A stretch of DNA of 64,000 nt, taken from assembly GCA_001643675.2 (NCBI GenBank), contig LSRY02000026.1, forward strand, positions 744,001 to 808,000. Reading direction: 5' to 3'. This stretch comes from Monocercomonoides exilis PA203 (Eukaryota; Protista; Preaxostyla). The notes beneath the pieces are model-generated. The model was not told where the DNA came from and did not search any database. It was given only the letters and a program-made list of their open reading frames with translations. How positions within the stretch are numbered: the first letter of the stretch is position 1; the number at the start of each line of letters is the position of its first letter. A program made the translations under genes and the position numbers. Below are positions 23,801-34,374 of the stretch, in pieces.

Positions 23801-24563
23801 CAACTGCACTTGCACTCGACTCGATGTTCTTAAATGTTGATGCTATAAATGTCACATTTGTTGCATTGTCAAACAAAAACGGAGTTGTTGAAAACTTTGC
23901 TGTGTTGCTATCATCACTGAAAAAGACTGCTTCCATGTTAAATTCACCTGCATCTACTTTCACCAGATGAATATTGGCTGTTTCTGTTCCTGTTGGACGA
24001 ACAAATTGGCAAGTGCTAATTGTTAGATTGGGTGACAGTTTGTTTGTATCTGTTGTCATGGAAGAAAGATCAGACAACACTGGAGTTGATACCTCTGAGT
24101 TTGCAACCAAACGAATAATAGCCAATGTGCTTTCATCACTCGATGCATTACCAAGTGATAACGGATAAATAAACTTCAGATACTTGAAAGTCACATTTTG
24201 CTTGCAAGTGAACAGATCCTTGCTTGTATCACTGTCATCAGTAAGATATGTGCAGGATATATCCACTAACTCAGGAGTCCCATTTCCACCATTTTGTTTT
24301 CCATGGATCATTAATGGTTTGTCTTTATCAAATGTATTCACTCCTGCAACTAATGCAGGTTGACCATCTTCTTGCTTTAGAATTGTAATGCTCCATTGTT
24401 CTGCACTTTGATCATTAAGCTTTGTCAATGCATCACTTATCTTTCCAACAGTTTGAGTTTCAGTTCCTTCAGTGTTATTTGCTCCACTTTTAACGAACAC
24501 TTCTTTGACATCTTCTGAATATATTGAAAGCACAACCTGCAAAAATACAAATTTCAGAAACAT
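20835..24563 (-). CDS. Type I membrane surface protein with three ~400-aa parallel beta-helix-like repeats (adhesin-like)
   Basis: Hydrophobic N-terminus. Three units begin VFVKSG / AYVKSGGDD..DG...P / VYVSEG..DG...P and contain LFTCK, HLVKV, GALYV and GKxGxI. C-terminal TM (VVAIVVPIVVVVIV...) followed by RKRR. The start may instead be spliced at ttgcag near 24537. Confidence 0.85.
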   Translation of the reverse strand: MFLKFVFLQVVLSIYSEDVKEVFVKSGANNTEGTETQTVGKISDALTKLNDQSAEQWSITILKQEDGQPALVAGVNTFDKDKPLMIHGKQNGGNGTPELVDISCTYLTDDSDTSKDLFTCKQNVTFKYLKFIYPLSLGNASSDESTLAIIRLVANSEVSTPVLSDLSSMTTDTNKLSPNLTISTCQFVRPTGTETANIHLVKVDAGEFNMEAVFFSDDSNTAKFSTTPFLFDNATNVTFIASTFKNIESSASAVVKVVGKTSEKIEVNVHGCTFINCKSTVETNATSGALYVESDGTDSKFDISENSRFSGAKTTFSSCECANGKSGGIYLKMPKIDSAEKLTWPAEENLTVNGCKAGSDKQTFLYLEVSDDKFKEIANSMKEKFAKYYVEGTNDRFVAAKGTSGEDIDFTAIYFDPHEAYVKSGGDDSTADGTKEKPFGKIEKAYELLDKSKGPGEFSIKILKKGEESGQEVTADAVTLSKETGITIEGVEEAEETADEADTKVEIDCSNISESDLFTCKNIVTFKNLVFDFKSTSELVANEQKDSSSTYALIHADTESTSLTIDNCDFKRPTAAAHSGGMLSNEEEEVKSHLVKVSAGTLTMNKIECTSENEVKFSEAPFLVDGTTTAVTAVSLTSLNLKKITSKGSAVMKITSTNKVEVTLDNCTFTECKSEDISTETCGALYVKSEHAESTFSIGNTGKTTFEKCTCSKGKAGAICLEMTGITKADKLTWPETGDNLVFSECKTGEADQKSNAEKNTALYLDVSANIHRDIAKAMKQSFAANYKKGTNKCFVIAKGADNENEVDFTVVYFDPNTNVYVSEGATDDSQDGLSYETPKKKLDSAYKLFGVGVGGENFKINIIKTNEPIKAEAVSFDKFSLITIVGVTKTNGEETEKEIETEVTLDCNVESESHLFTCKSEVEFRGISFLFPLSLDAPEKSNTDTSSLIVAGGADAKLSFVNCKFVRPEPDAPRNDEEMAKIHLVKVTEGVLSMKDIECKGDNEVKFLESLFVIDGASSVKLDTVEINKVSVTDGAAISIEDEVEKASSVQIEGLTMKEVKSANGLCAGVLIKMEDDNSKVEMGREKKCSFKSCEAASGKAGAILIEVKDAVDNLKLPGEGKLELGDNKGKDSSVASLCIIAEDFDKFSQQKDSFEFAKDYNDGNKGWIVGAKKEGDNLEDVYEKYLKHKEPKDEPEPEKKKKSSAGTVVAIVVPIVVVVIVVVVVIFAIVVVRKRRSRNN

Positions 24564-26002
24564 TTTCAATTGATGTTCTTTTCTCAATTCAATCAAAGAT
24601 CTACAGACACATTAATTGCACTTTCATTATTGTTGTTTATGGTTTGTAACATATTTTGTATTTTTTGTTATTTTTCGAATTTTCATTATTTTTAATTCCA
24701 TATACAGTTTCAATGAGTGTGTTCATATTTATTCCTCATTGTGATGTTTTTTTTAAAATTATTAATAATCACCGAAAGTCATTGTTTCATTTTTTGTCCG
24801 ATTATTATTTGCACAGATTTGTTCGTGTTCAAAACACTGTGCTTGACATGTAAAATTATATGCGGCATTCTTGAAATAAAATATTCCTCAGAAAGTGTTT
24901 TTGATTCAAATGAGTTCTGCATTTAACTGTATTTTTTGATACGAAATGAATAAATTCAAATTATGAAAATAAATGAAACAAATATTGAGTTTGAAGTGTT
25001 GATTTTAATGAATTGATTTCATTTTTGGAAAATTAAGTTTTCACGAAAATCGAGAAAGCAATAAAAAAATAAAAGAATGGATATTATTTTTCTTTGTTGA
25101 GTCAAAATTTTTATTGTTGAAGTGTTTGTTTTAAGTATTGTTTGAAATATTGTGTGTGACCATTTATTCCTTGTTCAAATGTTAAAGTTTTGCATGTATC
25201 ACATAATTCATTCATTGATTTTCTTAAAAGAATCCATTTGATGCAATGCAGATTGAATCAAATTATTCAAATTGAAAAAATAATTCAAAATTTTGGGGGT
25301 TATTCAAAATAACCCCTGTTAATTTGAATTGACTTGCTTATTTTTAAAATCTTCATCCTATTTTGAATTGAATGTTCAAAACATGAAAATTGATAACATT
25401 AAATAATTTGCATAAAAGATTGATACAAAATACTAAAGTATATTTTTATTTTCTTTTTGAAAAAACTTTGATCTTTCAATTATCTTCTTCGAAAAAATCG
25501 AATAATTTGATCATTCGTTTTAAATGCTATTCCAACTTATGTTATCGAAAACGTGAGTTATATAATGCGAGTTTGAATGATTGTTGCTTTTGAAAATTCA
25601 TTTTTCCCAATATACAAATCATAAAAGCTTCATCAAATTCTTTGTTTATTTCTTCGAATTGCAAACTGTTTCTTTAATACTATAGCACCAACGATAACTT
25701 CTGTGCCATTTTGTTCAGCACTCATAAGGTAATTACTGCTTTTCCCGTTTCAAGCAATAGCTATTTTCAAACAATATTGTTTTTCATTTTTCGCTTTGTA
25801 GAAAAATAATGTTAAAAATCATTAACAAGAAATATTTAAAACACTGAATGTTTAAAAGTATGTACGTTTCTTTTTCAAGATTTCGTTTTAAATATAGATC
25901 ATTTAATATTTTTTTCGAAAATTTCTTTTTCGATATTTTTCTTCTAATTTATCCTATTTCACAATTTTCTTTCGTGCCAAAAGCACAGAAAGCCTTTCAT
26001 AT

Positions 26003-28009
26003 GTGGATGATCAAAAATTTGAAGTATTTTTATCCTCAGAATTACTTGCAAACACATATAAAATTATTTTGTTAACACAATTTATTCTCTCTCGTCCTTT
26101 TCTTCAGTTATCTCTCCAACTCACTCAAAACACCATCGACTGTTCAATCCTCCCTTCCATCAACACCTCTTCCACTTCTCTCTCTGCCTTCAACACATCT
26201 TTCCTCCATCAAACACGCTCTTTATCAAATGATGCTGTGGATCATGTGGGAACGGAATCTCAAAGAGCGAAACCTGGAAGACTGACTTTTCCTGAATTGA
26301 ATAGCTATCTTTTTGAATGGTGTGAGTGGAATAATTCAATCAGCGGAGGAAATAATAATGGTGGTGCTCTTGATGTTTATTGCACAAATGCCAACCTCAC
26401 AATTACATCTTGTTCATTTCACAATTGTTCTTCAAGTAATGCTGCTGGTGGAGCGTTATATTGTGGAAATTTGTTAAAAATTGATATCACAAAATACAAT
26501 TTCACAAGTTGTTCTGCTTTACATGGAGGAGCAGCTGCAATATGGCATCCACAATCAAATGCTTTTTGGACATTCTCTGAAAACAGAGTTGAAAGTTGCT
26601 CAATAACTGACTGGTGTGGAACTGGTTGGTATTTTGGTCTCGATAACATGCCATCAGACGCAAAATTCATGTTCAAAAATTGTACCTGTATTGCAAATAC
26701 TGGCAGAGATTCTGCAGGCTCTTCAACATTCAATTGGCCTCCACAAGAAAAACCAAGCCAATTTTTGGTTAATGATTGCCAATTCATAAATAACAAATTA
26801 ATATCTTCTTCCACTTATGGTGGAGCAGGAATGTGTTGTACAAGAACATATGATTGGATGAACGGAGTTAAATTCATCACATTTTGTTTCTTCGATGGCA
26901 ACTCAGCAACAAATGGAAGAGGGAATGATGTGTTCTTCGGTGGTAATGCAATCACTCAATCTCCATTTGAGAATTGTGGCTCAACAACCCCAGCTAAAAG
27001 AGTGTGGAATAATGGACAAGCAGATAATGAAACTTTCAATGGATGGCTCCCTCTCATAACAACTTGCAAAATCGTGTCAAATAATGGAACAAACACCGAT
27101 CTCTGCGGAATCACACAACTCAGTCCATGTAAAACAATTGAATTCGCTCTTGTTCGCACGACAGATGAACTTGATGCCTCCCTCACCCTCCTCAGTTCAA
27201 CATTTATTCCAAATCTGACACTCACCTTCAGCGCAGTTGACACCAAAATCACAGGAAATGGCACAACTGCCACCACCATCGCCTCTAGTGGAATTCCTCA
27301 GCCAGCTTCTTCTTCCTCTCCATCATTTTCATCTGCATCTTCTTCGCCAGATCCATCTGCCTCGTCTGCCCTCTTCCAACTAACACAGAGCTCCCTCACA
27401 GTCTCTGCCCTCGCCATCGCCCATAACTCCACAAACCAAATCACCACCATCCTCTTCCACCTCTCCGGTAACTCCCCTTCCCTCAACCTCAACACAACCA
27501 CCATCACCGGAACAACCTCCATAACAATAAAAACTCCCCTCTTCTTCATCACTGCTGGCTCCCTCGCCCTCAACCACACAGCAATCACCAGTCTCACCCT
27601 CAACAGCCAAAGCATCTTCCACCTCACCTCCCTCACAGCTCCCCTCACCCTCAACTCCTCCAACATCACCGATATCAACTCCACTGCCACCCCCGCCAGC
27701 TGTTTCCTCTCCTCTCCCACCTCCCCTGCCCTCTCCATCTCCCTCACCAACTGCACCATCACCAACATCAACTCAGCTCCACAACACCAACACACTGCCA
27801 CAGATGGCGGGTGCATCTCATTCGCCTCTTCTGCCTCTGCCAACTCCTTTTTAGCGAGTGACAACAATTTCTTCAGTAGCTGTATGAGCCAAAGTCAAAC
27901 AGAGATTGAGAAAAAGGAGGAAAAAATTACAGAGAATGTGTATTCTGATGGAAATAGAGGCAAAGGCGAAAAGAAGAAAAAGTTCTGCTTTGAAAAGAAG
28001 TTTGCATAA
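26003..28009 (+). CDS. Beta-helix (GGA-motif) family gene, apparently truncated at both ends; possibly a pseudogene
   Basis: Motifs NGGAL, GGALY, HGGA, YGGAG, GRGNDVF, CG....PCKTI and DGGCI. Homology ends abruptly near 27885, where composition switches from C-rich to GA-rich. Probable acceptor at 26107. Confidence 0.7.
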   Translation: MDDQKFEVFLSSELLANTYKIILLTQFILSRPFLQLSLQLTQNTIDCSILPSINTSSTSLSAFNTSFLHQTRSLSNDAVDHVGTESQRAKPGRLTFPELNSYLFEWCEWNNSISGGNNNGGALDVYCTNANLTITSCSFHNCSSSNAAGGALYCGNLLKIDITKYNFTSCSALHGGAAAIWHPQSNAFWTFSENRVESCSITDWCGTGWYFGLDNMPSDAKFMFKNCTCIANTGRDSAGSSTFNWPPQEKPSQFLVNDCQFINNKLISSSTYGGAGMCCTRTYDWMNGVKFITFCFFDGNSATNGRGNDVFFGGNAITQSPFENCGSTTPAKRVWNNGQADNETFNGWLPLITTCKIVSNNGTNTDLCGITQLSPCKTIEFALVRTTDELDASLTLLSSTFIPNLTLTFSAVDTKITGNGTTATTIASSGIPQPASSSSPSFSSASSSPDPSASSALFQLTQSSLTVSALAIAHNSTNQITTILFHLSGNSPSLNLNTTTITGTTSITIKTPLFFITAGSLALNHTAITSLTLNSQSIFHLTSLTAPLTLNSSNITDINSTATPASCFLSSPTSPALSISLTNCTITNINSAPQHQHTATDGGCISFASSASANSFLASDNNFFSSCMSQSQTEIEKKEEKITENVYSDGNRGKGEKKKKFCFEKKFA

Positions 28010-28965
28010 GAGATTTTACGGGGATGTGGTATGAAAAGAAAGAAAGAAATGATGATATAAATAAAGATGATGTGATAGGTGAAAAGAACGAGAAAATTCA
28101 GAGAAAGAACAATTCTAAATTATGAGATAACGACAAAAGAGAGAATGCAACTGAAAAAATGAAAGGAAATAAGGAAAATGAAAAAGGAAAAGGATATAGA
28201 CATACGATTCTGCTGCATTAATATCACTATTCCATGAAAATGGTGATAATGCATTCTGTATAACAAAACACGCGTACGAAACAAATTAATTTTTCAGAAT
28301 TTACAGAATGTCATCGTTTTCTTTTTATTATTTATGTAAAAACTATAAAAATTATCTTCAAAGTTAATCATTCTTCACAAAAAATTCAAAACAAATAACA
28401 TTTTCACTTTGTTAACTAATTATTTATTAAACATTTATTTTATTAAAGCTTATTTTCACGCTTCCTTCGAATTATCAAGATTTCATTTATGAAATAGTCA
28501 AAAAAGGTTTGATTTTTCTTTTATTTCCACTTTATTTTTGTCAGAGTTTTTTGTTTGCTAAATTTTCCTTTTACAATAATTATTAATTTGAATGTTCTTT
28601 TCTAATTTGAATTAGGATGGTGATTTCAAATTTTTTCCCTTTTATTTGAATCAAGTGGCCTTCATTCAAATTGACATAGGTTTATTTAATAAACCTCCAT
28701 TAATTCAAATTTCCCAACTTAATCTGCATTGTGTCTATTGAATTCATAAATCAACATGTTATTATTTATCACATCGATTGATTATTATTCTCTCAATAAA
28801 CGTGATAATAAGTTGAAGCATAACAATCAACAGTGGAAAGTTAAATTTTTTGATAATAATAACATTTTTCATGTTTTTTGTTCAATTGTTTGCAATTCTA
28901 TATACAAATTGGAAAATGCACAGAAAAAATTGAATGTTCAAAATCATTTATGAAAATCAGACATA

Positions 28966-29931
28966 GGGTCAGTTATTTATCGGTGTCCAAAAAATTAATC
29001 GGGACCTAAATTTTTTGGCTCACAGGAGCACTTTCAGAAAAAAATAAATAATAGGAAACCTTTTTTATACCTTTATATACTATTCCAGAAAATATTTTTT
29101 ATTTTTTTTATTTCTGTAAATAGATCTGGAATTTTTTGTTTTATTTTTTTAGATCAAAGACTTGCTCATATTTTCACGAGCTTTTTGTTTTGAGTGTTTT
29201 GAGTTATATCATTATTTATAAGCTTAACTTCTTTATAAATTTGGTTATTTTTCATTGTTTAACACTTCGGTTTTTTATTACTTTTTTTAATTCACTAAAT
29301 TTCAACAAATTGAAGAATGCATTTGAATGAATAAGTTATTTCGTTTATTAAAAAGGAAATATATTTGGATTATCAACAAATAAAGATTTGTATTAGGAAG
29401 AAAATCTTTTAATTTTTATGATCGTGATTATAACACTCAAAAACTTGTTTTTGCGTTTTTTTACTTCCTTTGCTTCATATCATATTGTTTTATTTCAAAA
29501 ATTTTGTGACGTTCATTTCGATAATTTTTACAACTATTTTTCAACATTAAAAAACTAAGCAACTCGAATATCACTGCAAAATATTCAATTTGTTGAAATT
29601 TAGTGAATTAAAAAAAGTAATAAAAAACCGAAGTGTTAAACAATGAAAAATAACCAAATTTATAAAGAAGTTAAGCTTATAAATAATGATATAACTCAAA
29701 ACACTCAAAACAAAAAGCTCGTGAAAATATGAGCAAGTCTTTGATCTAAAAAATAAAACAAAAAATTCCAGATCTATTTACAGAAATAAAAAAAATAAAA
29801 AATATTTTCTGGAATAGTATATAAAGGTATAAAAAAGGTTTCCTATTATTTATTTTTTTCTGAAAGTGCTCCTGTGAGCCAAAAAATTTAGGTCCCGATT
29901 AATTTTTTGGACACCGATAAATAACTGACCC
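28966..29931. mobile_element. 966-bp foldback MITE with ~350-bp apparently identical TIRs and a TA TSD
   Basis: 28966-~29314 is the reverse complement of ~29584-29931; ta at 28964-28965 and 29932-29933. Confidence 0.95.
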
Positions 29932-30767
29932 TATCAACGTTTATGTGTTGCATAATAGAAAACTGCAAAGGCAAAAAAAAGTTCTCAGTCAATGTTTATT
30001 TATTGTTTCCTTTGTTGACATATTATTTTTCAGAATTCCAAGTTTTTTGATTGGATTGAATCTTCAAAATGTGTGCAATCTGAAAGTTACCAGAAAAGGA
30101 TTGAGCTGCAACGAGCTTGAATAGCTTCCAGACATAAGTGATGCACAACATATAAAGTGTGAAGAATAACTGCAGGTGAACCGCAACACTTATTAATTCA
30201 CAAGAAATGCCTCAAAAGACAAAGAAATGAATGAGAGTTGAAATTGTATTATTGCAATCTTCACTTCACCCTCCCTCCACTTCAATAAAAATGAACAGCT
30301 TGCGAATATTCGAATATGTTTGTGAAAATCGATCAAACATTTGTTGATGAAAATCTGTTCGGGTTCCATGTTCCATTCCATTCCACATGCTAAATAGAAG
30401 AGAGAAGCTTCGAACGGATGCAGATGGAATGATTGCACATCAGGAAATGGACAATCATCATTGGTCTTTGTCGTTTCATTATTTTGAATTCGATAGAGAA
30501 CAATAAACATCATTTTGCTCACTCTTGTAATAAAAAGTTTGATGAAGATAAGATATTGCTTAAAAAAGAAAGTGGAGAATCAATTCCTTCTCTTTTTGAG
30601 AGACGCCACAATCTATGGGTCAGTCGCCCATTTGTGTGTTTTGGTGAATTGGATTAAAAACCGCTTTGCGCTTACAAAACCAAAAAGCGCAAAAAGAAGG
30701 AACAACAAGAACATCAACAGTTTTGAAAACAGAACTTCAAAGAGTGGGAGTGAAAACGGTGGTGGGC

Positions 30768-30868
30768 AAAGAGAAGGAATTGATTCTCCACTTTCTTTTT
30801 TAATCAAAGTGCATAAGCACCTTAATTATCAGGAAAGTGTTTCATCAATTCCTTCTCTTTTTGAGAGA
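30768..30868 (-). other. ICR of the DIRS element at 30560-35146
   Basis: gagaaggaattgattctccactttcttttttaa (complement of the left end) joined to aaagtgcataagcacc...tttttgagaga (complement of the right end). Confidence 0.95.
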
Positions 30869-30873
30869 ATCAA

Positions 30874-33800
30874 TTAGTTGGATGATGAAGCCATCATTAC
30901 TACCACAGTGTGCGTCTTCTTTGCGTTGTTGCTCTCTTCCTCTTTTTTTGCTTGTGATCTTGTTCGAATAATGAATTGTTCTCCAAGTGACTTCTGTTCC
31001 TCCATCTCCTCATCAGGCTCGTCTACTCTGGAAGGGAATTCAACAGAATTTTTAGCTTTTTCCTCACTCAAACCTGGCTTCATCAGGCGCTTCTTATCCC
31101 TCAGTACCATCCCAGATTCCATTTCTCGTCTCTTCTTCTTGTTCTTCTGGTCTCTGTCTGGTCTGATGCACATCTTGACACCATTTTCTGCACACGGATT
31201 GTTTGCTAACTCTTCTCTGGGAACATTCATAGTTGAGGCAATCACTTTCCCCAAAACTGAAGCAAGATTGGCATTCACATAATGCTTCACCAAAGTGTCT
31301 GTTCTAGGGGAAAGACGGGCAAACTTCGCAATCTGAGTTGGTGGAATTCCAGACATCGTTAGCGTTGAAAGCGTTGCAGCCTTTATTGAATAAGGAGTGA
31401 AATGGCCTGGAATTCCTGCTTCCTTCAACGTCTCCTTTGCCAATCGTCTAATTCCTTCCACTGTAAGAGGATGAAAAGTTTCGGTATTTAAAAACAATTT
31501 ATTTCCATCTGGTTTTCTTTTCTTTATCTCTTCCCACAAAACTTGAATGGTCGAAGCTGGGCAAATTGAAGGGTTTTCATATAAAAAAGGAACTGCAATC
31601 TCTGTTCGATTAAGCGATGTTTTTAGCCTTGTGTCTAGATATATTCCTTCCTGCTCGAATCTGGATCGTTCCATATCTACTCTTTCCAACTCTGTAAACC
31701 TGCACGCAGTGAATAACATGGTGAGCACAATGGCTTTCATTGTCAGATGTTTGAAACTCAAGCTTTGATTTTCTCCAAGATTAGAAAAGAATGTCAGAAT
31801 GGTCTTCGGATTCCAAATTTCTTGGACCTTCTTTTTTCTTGTCCTCTCTGTTCTTCTAAACCCTCTTTACAATATTTTTATAATCGGAATATCCCCTAAA
31901 TTTGTGTTGAAAACCAAGCTTGTGAAAAATGAAACTGCTGAGCGGATGAGCTGCAAACATGACAGCTTCATTCCATTGTCTCGAAGGGTAATAAATATAC
32001 TGGAACATCGAGCTGCCCACTCGTGAATATCCTCTGGAATTATGCCCATATCACTCTTTTCCCACTGTTCTCCAAAGTGTGCGAAGCCGAATAAATATCC
32101 ATCCCACGTTGACTGAGCAATTCCCGATATGCACTCCTCTGCCAATGAAACTGGGAAAGATCTTTCTTCCAACGCCCTTCTCCACCAGCTCTCGCCTTTA
32201 ACTCTGGTGGATTGATCAATATGACTCTTAACCGGCCTGGATGAAGACATGCACCTGTGCTTGCCATTGATGGACCCTTTCTCAGTACTGTTCTCAGACT
32301 CCTCCATTCGAATGTCCGATGAGGCGTCTTCTCCAATAGCACATCCCAGTTTTGCCCCTTCCAGTTCGGCAGGAGTAATACTACTGGTACTCTCTCCTTC
32401 TGTGCCTTCCGAATCGTCATTGGTATCAGGGGAACTGGGGGGTGTGCCAGAACGCACTCGTTCTTCCATGGATATGCCAGACCGTCTTCTCCCAATGGGC
32501 TTCCTATTCCGCACCAACGATCGACCTTGTGGTTGTGTTGAGCTGCAAAGGCGTCCAGCGTTGGAGTAACTTGAAGAACAGACAAGATTTCTTTGAGCTC
32601 GCTGTCTGCAATGCTGTAGTCTCCTGCTCTTTCCAGGCGGGACAAAGCATCGGCTCTTGTGTTTCGCAATCCGGGGAGATGAACTGCTCTCAGGACTATT
32701 TTCAGTTTCTCCTTCAATGTCCATATCCTTTTGAGTGTTTGACGGAGATTCCTTCCTGCATTCCATCTGTTCACGTTGAAAACAACTGCTGAGTTGTCTG
32801 AACGAAGTTGCAACTGTGAAATCCGATTCTCTGCTAGGATTGGTGCAAAATGTGTTAGGGCAAGTTCCACAGCTTTTAGTTCTCTGAAGTTGGATGATTG
32901 GTTTTTCACCGCGAATGGAAAACGACTGTGACAATCTAGTGACATTCTGTTTTGTCTGAGGATTGCTCCCCAGGAGCTTTCTGATGCATCTGTGGTTAGC
33001 ACTGCTTCTGGAATAAACACTGGAGTTAGTCTGCGTCTGGGGTTCTTCATCAACATCCATCTCCATTTTCTTATCTGCAGGAGGATTGACGCATTCAGCT
33101 TCATCATTCCATCCCATCCGCCTGTCGTAACTTTTTTCTGCAACAATTTGTAGATGGATTGGAGGTGTAAAGATGCGTCTGAAAGAACGAAGCGCGTTGC
33201 ACTGAGCTTTCCCACGAATGATGCTATATCCTTCACTCTGACGGTCTTGGCTCTTATGCACCTTCTCTCCCCCTTGTGACACAGCTCTCGCACTGCCTTT
33301 CTTCTTTCCTTCGTTAGACACACATCGAAGCTGGTTGTATTCCATTCGAATCCAAGGAAGCTGAACTGCGAACTCGGTATGAGGTTGCATTTCTTTTTGT
33401 TTATCAGAAGGCCAAGGCTTTCTAGAAACGAGATGATTTCCTGAATTATTTTCTTCAAGACTTCTTGATCTTGATGCAGAAAAAGAAGATCGTCCAAATA
33501 GGCAACGACTCTGACATCCCATCTTCTTCTTATCTCCGCTGTCACCTTCCTCATTATATGTGTGAACAGGCGCGGTGCATCTACAAAGCCGAAAGGCATG
33601 CCTTTGAAGGAGTAGTCTTTTCCCATGAATCTGAAAGCAAGATAGGGAATTAGTTTTCTTGAAACTGGAAATAAATAATAAGCTTGTTCCAAGTCTAGGG
33701 ATACTGCGTAATCTTTCCGTCTTATTAGTCGTTCTACTGTTTTTTCTCCGTCGCACTTGAAATGTGTTCTTTTCACTGCTGCGTTTAGTTTCCGACAATC

Positions 33801-34374
33801 GAGAATCTGTCTCCAGCTGCCTGACTTCTTTTGAATGAGAAATACATTGTTTCTGTGTTTGACCTCCCTCTGCTCCATTGGGATAACAACTCCTGTTCGT
33901 ATCTGTTCTTCTAATATTTCCTTGAATTCCTTGATCTTTTGTTGGTTGAGAAGCAACGCTCAGTCTCTGAATTGAGTTTTGCTGAGAGCTTTTCTGGCTT
34001 GCTTGCTCTTCCACATGGCATGCACTCCTTTGCATATCAATTTCTCTCCTCCGATTCGCTTCCATGCTTAGAGAAACAAAGCTGTTCTCCCTCCAATGTG
34101 CCTCCTCTGCTCTGTTTCCTTGTGAACTGGACCTAAAATTGTTGACGCACCCCTGGTCTCCTGCTCCAACTGCTCTGGTTCCTCCTTCTTCCGAATTGAT
34201 GTCTTCTTGTGGGAGCTGAGGACCGGGGGTATCTCCGAAAAAACCGTGTATTTGTGTGAGAAATGGGATAACAAAATCTTCTTTGAAGTGTTCCTGGTTG
34301 TTCTCTAACAGGAGCCTGAACACGTGTAATAGGAAGTGCTGGTCTCTGGAAGCCTCTCTATAGCTTGGCTTCAT
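30874..34374 (-). pseudogene. DIRS tyrosine recombinase ORF with a long N-terminal overlap of pol; one in-frame TAA at 31867-31869
   Basis: ORFs 31867-34374 and 30874-31761 are in the same frame. Motifs: SAM-like N-domain (STWDGY), ACRFTEL, CPAS, YSIK, KHY. Confidence 0.9.
32040..34274 (-). pseudogene. DIRS pol: reverse transcriptase + RNase H + adenine-methyltransferase-like domain; stops at 34068-34070 and 33960-33962 upstream of the intact core (32040-33956)
   Basis: Motifs IGGRT..F..W, LDCRKLN, LDLEQAY, MPFG, YLDD, FLG, TDAS, NFRELKAV, SDN, NTRADALSR, LDAFA...AHPP...LLPNW. Confidence 0.95.

Noticed and set aside
20794-24168. Numerous plus-strand ORFs
   Set aside because: Antisense shadows of the 20835-24563 gene; the same applies to the shadows over STI1, the DIRS and the family genes.
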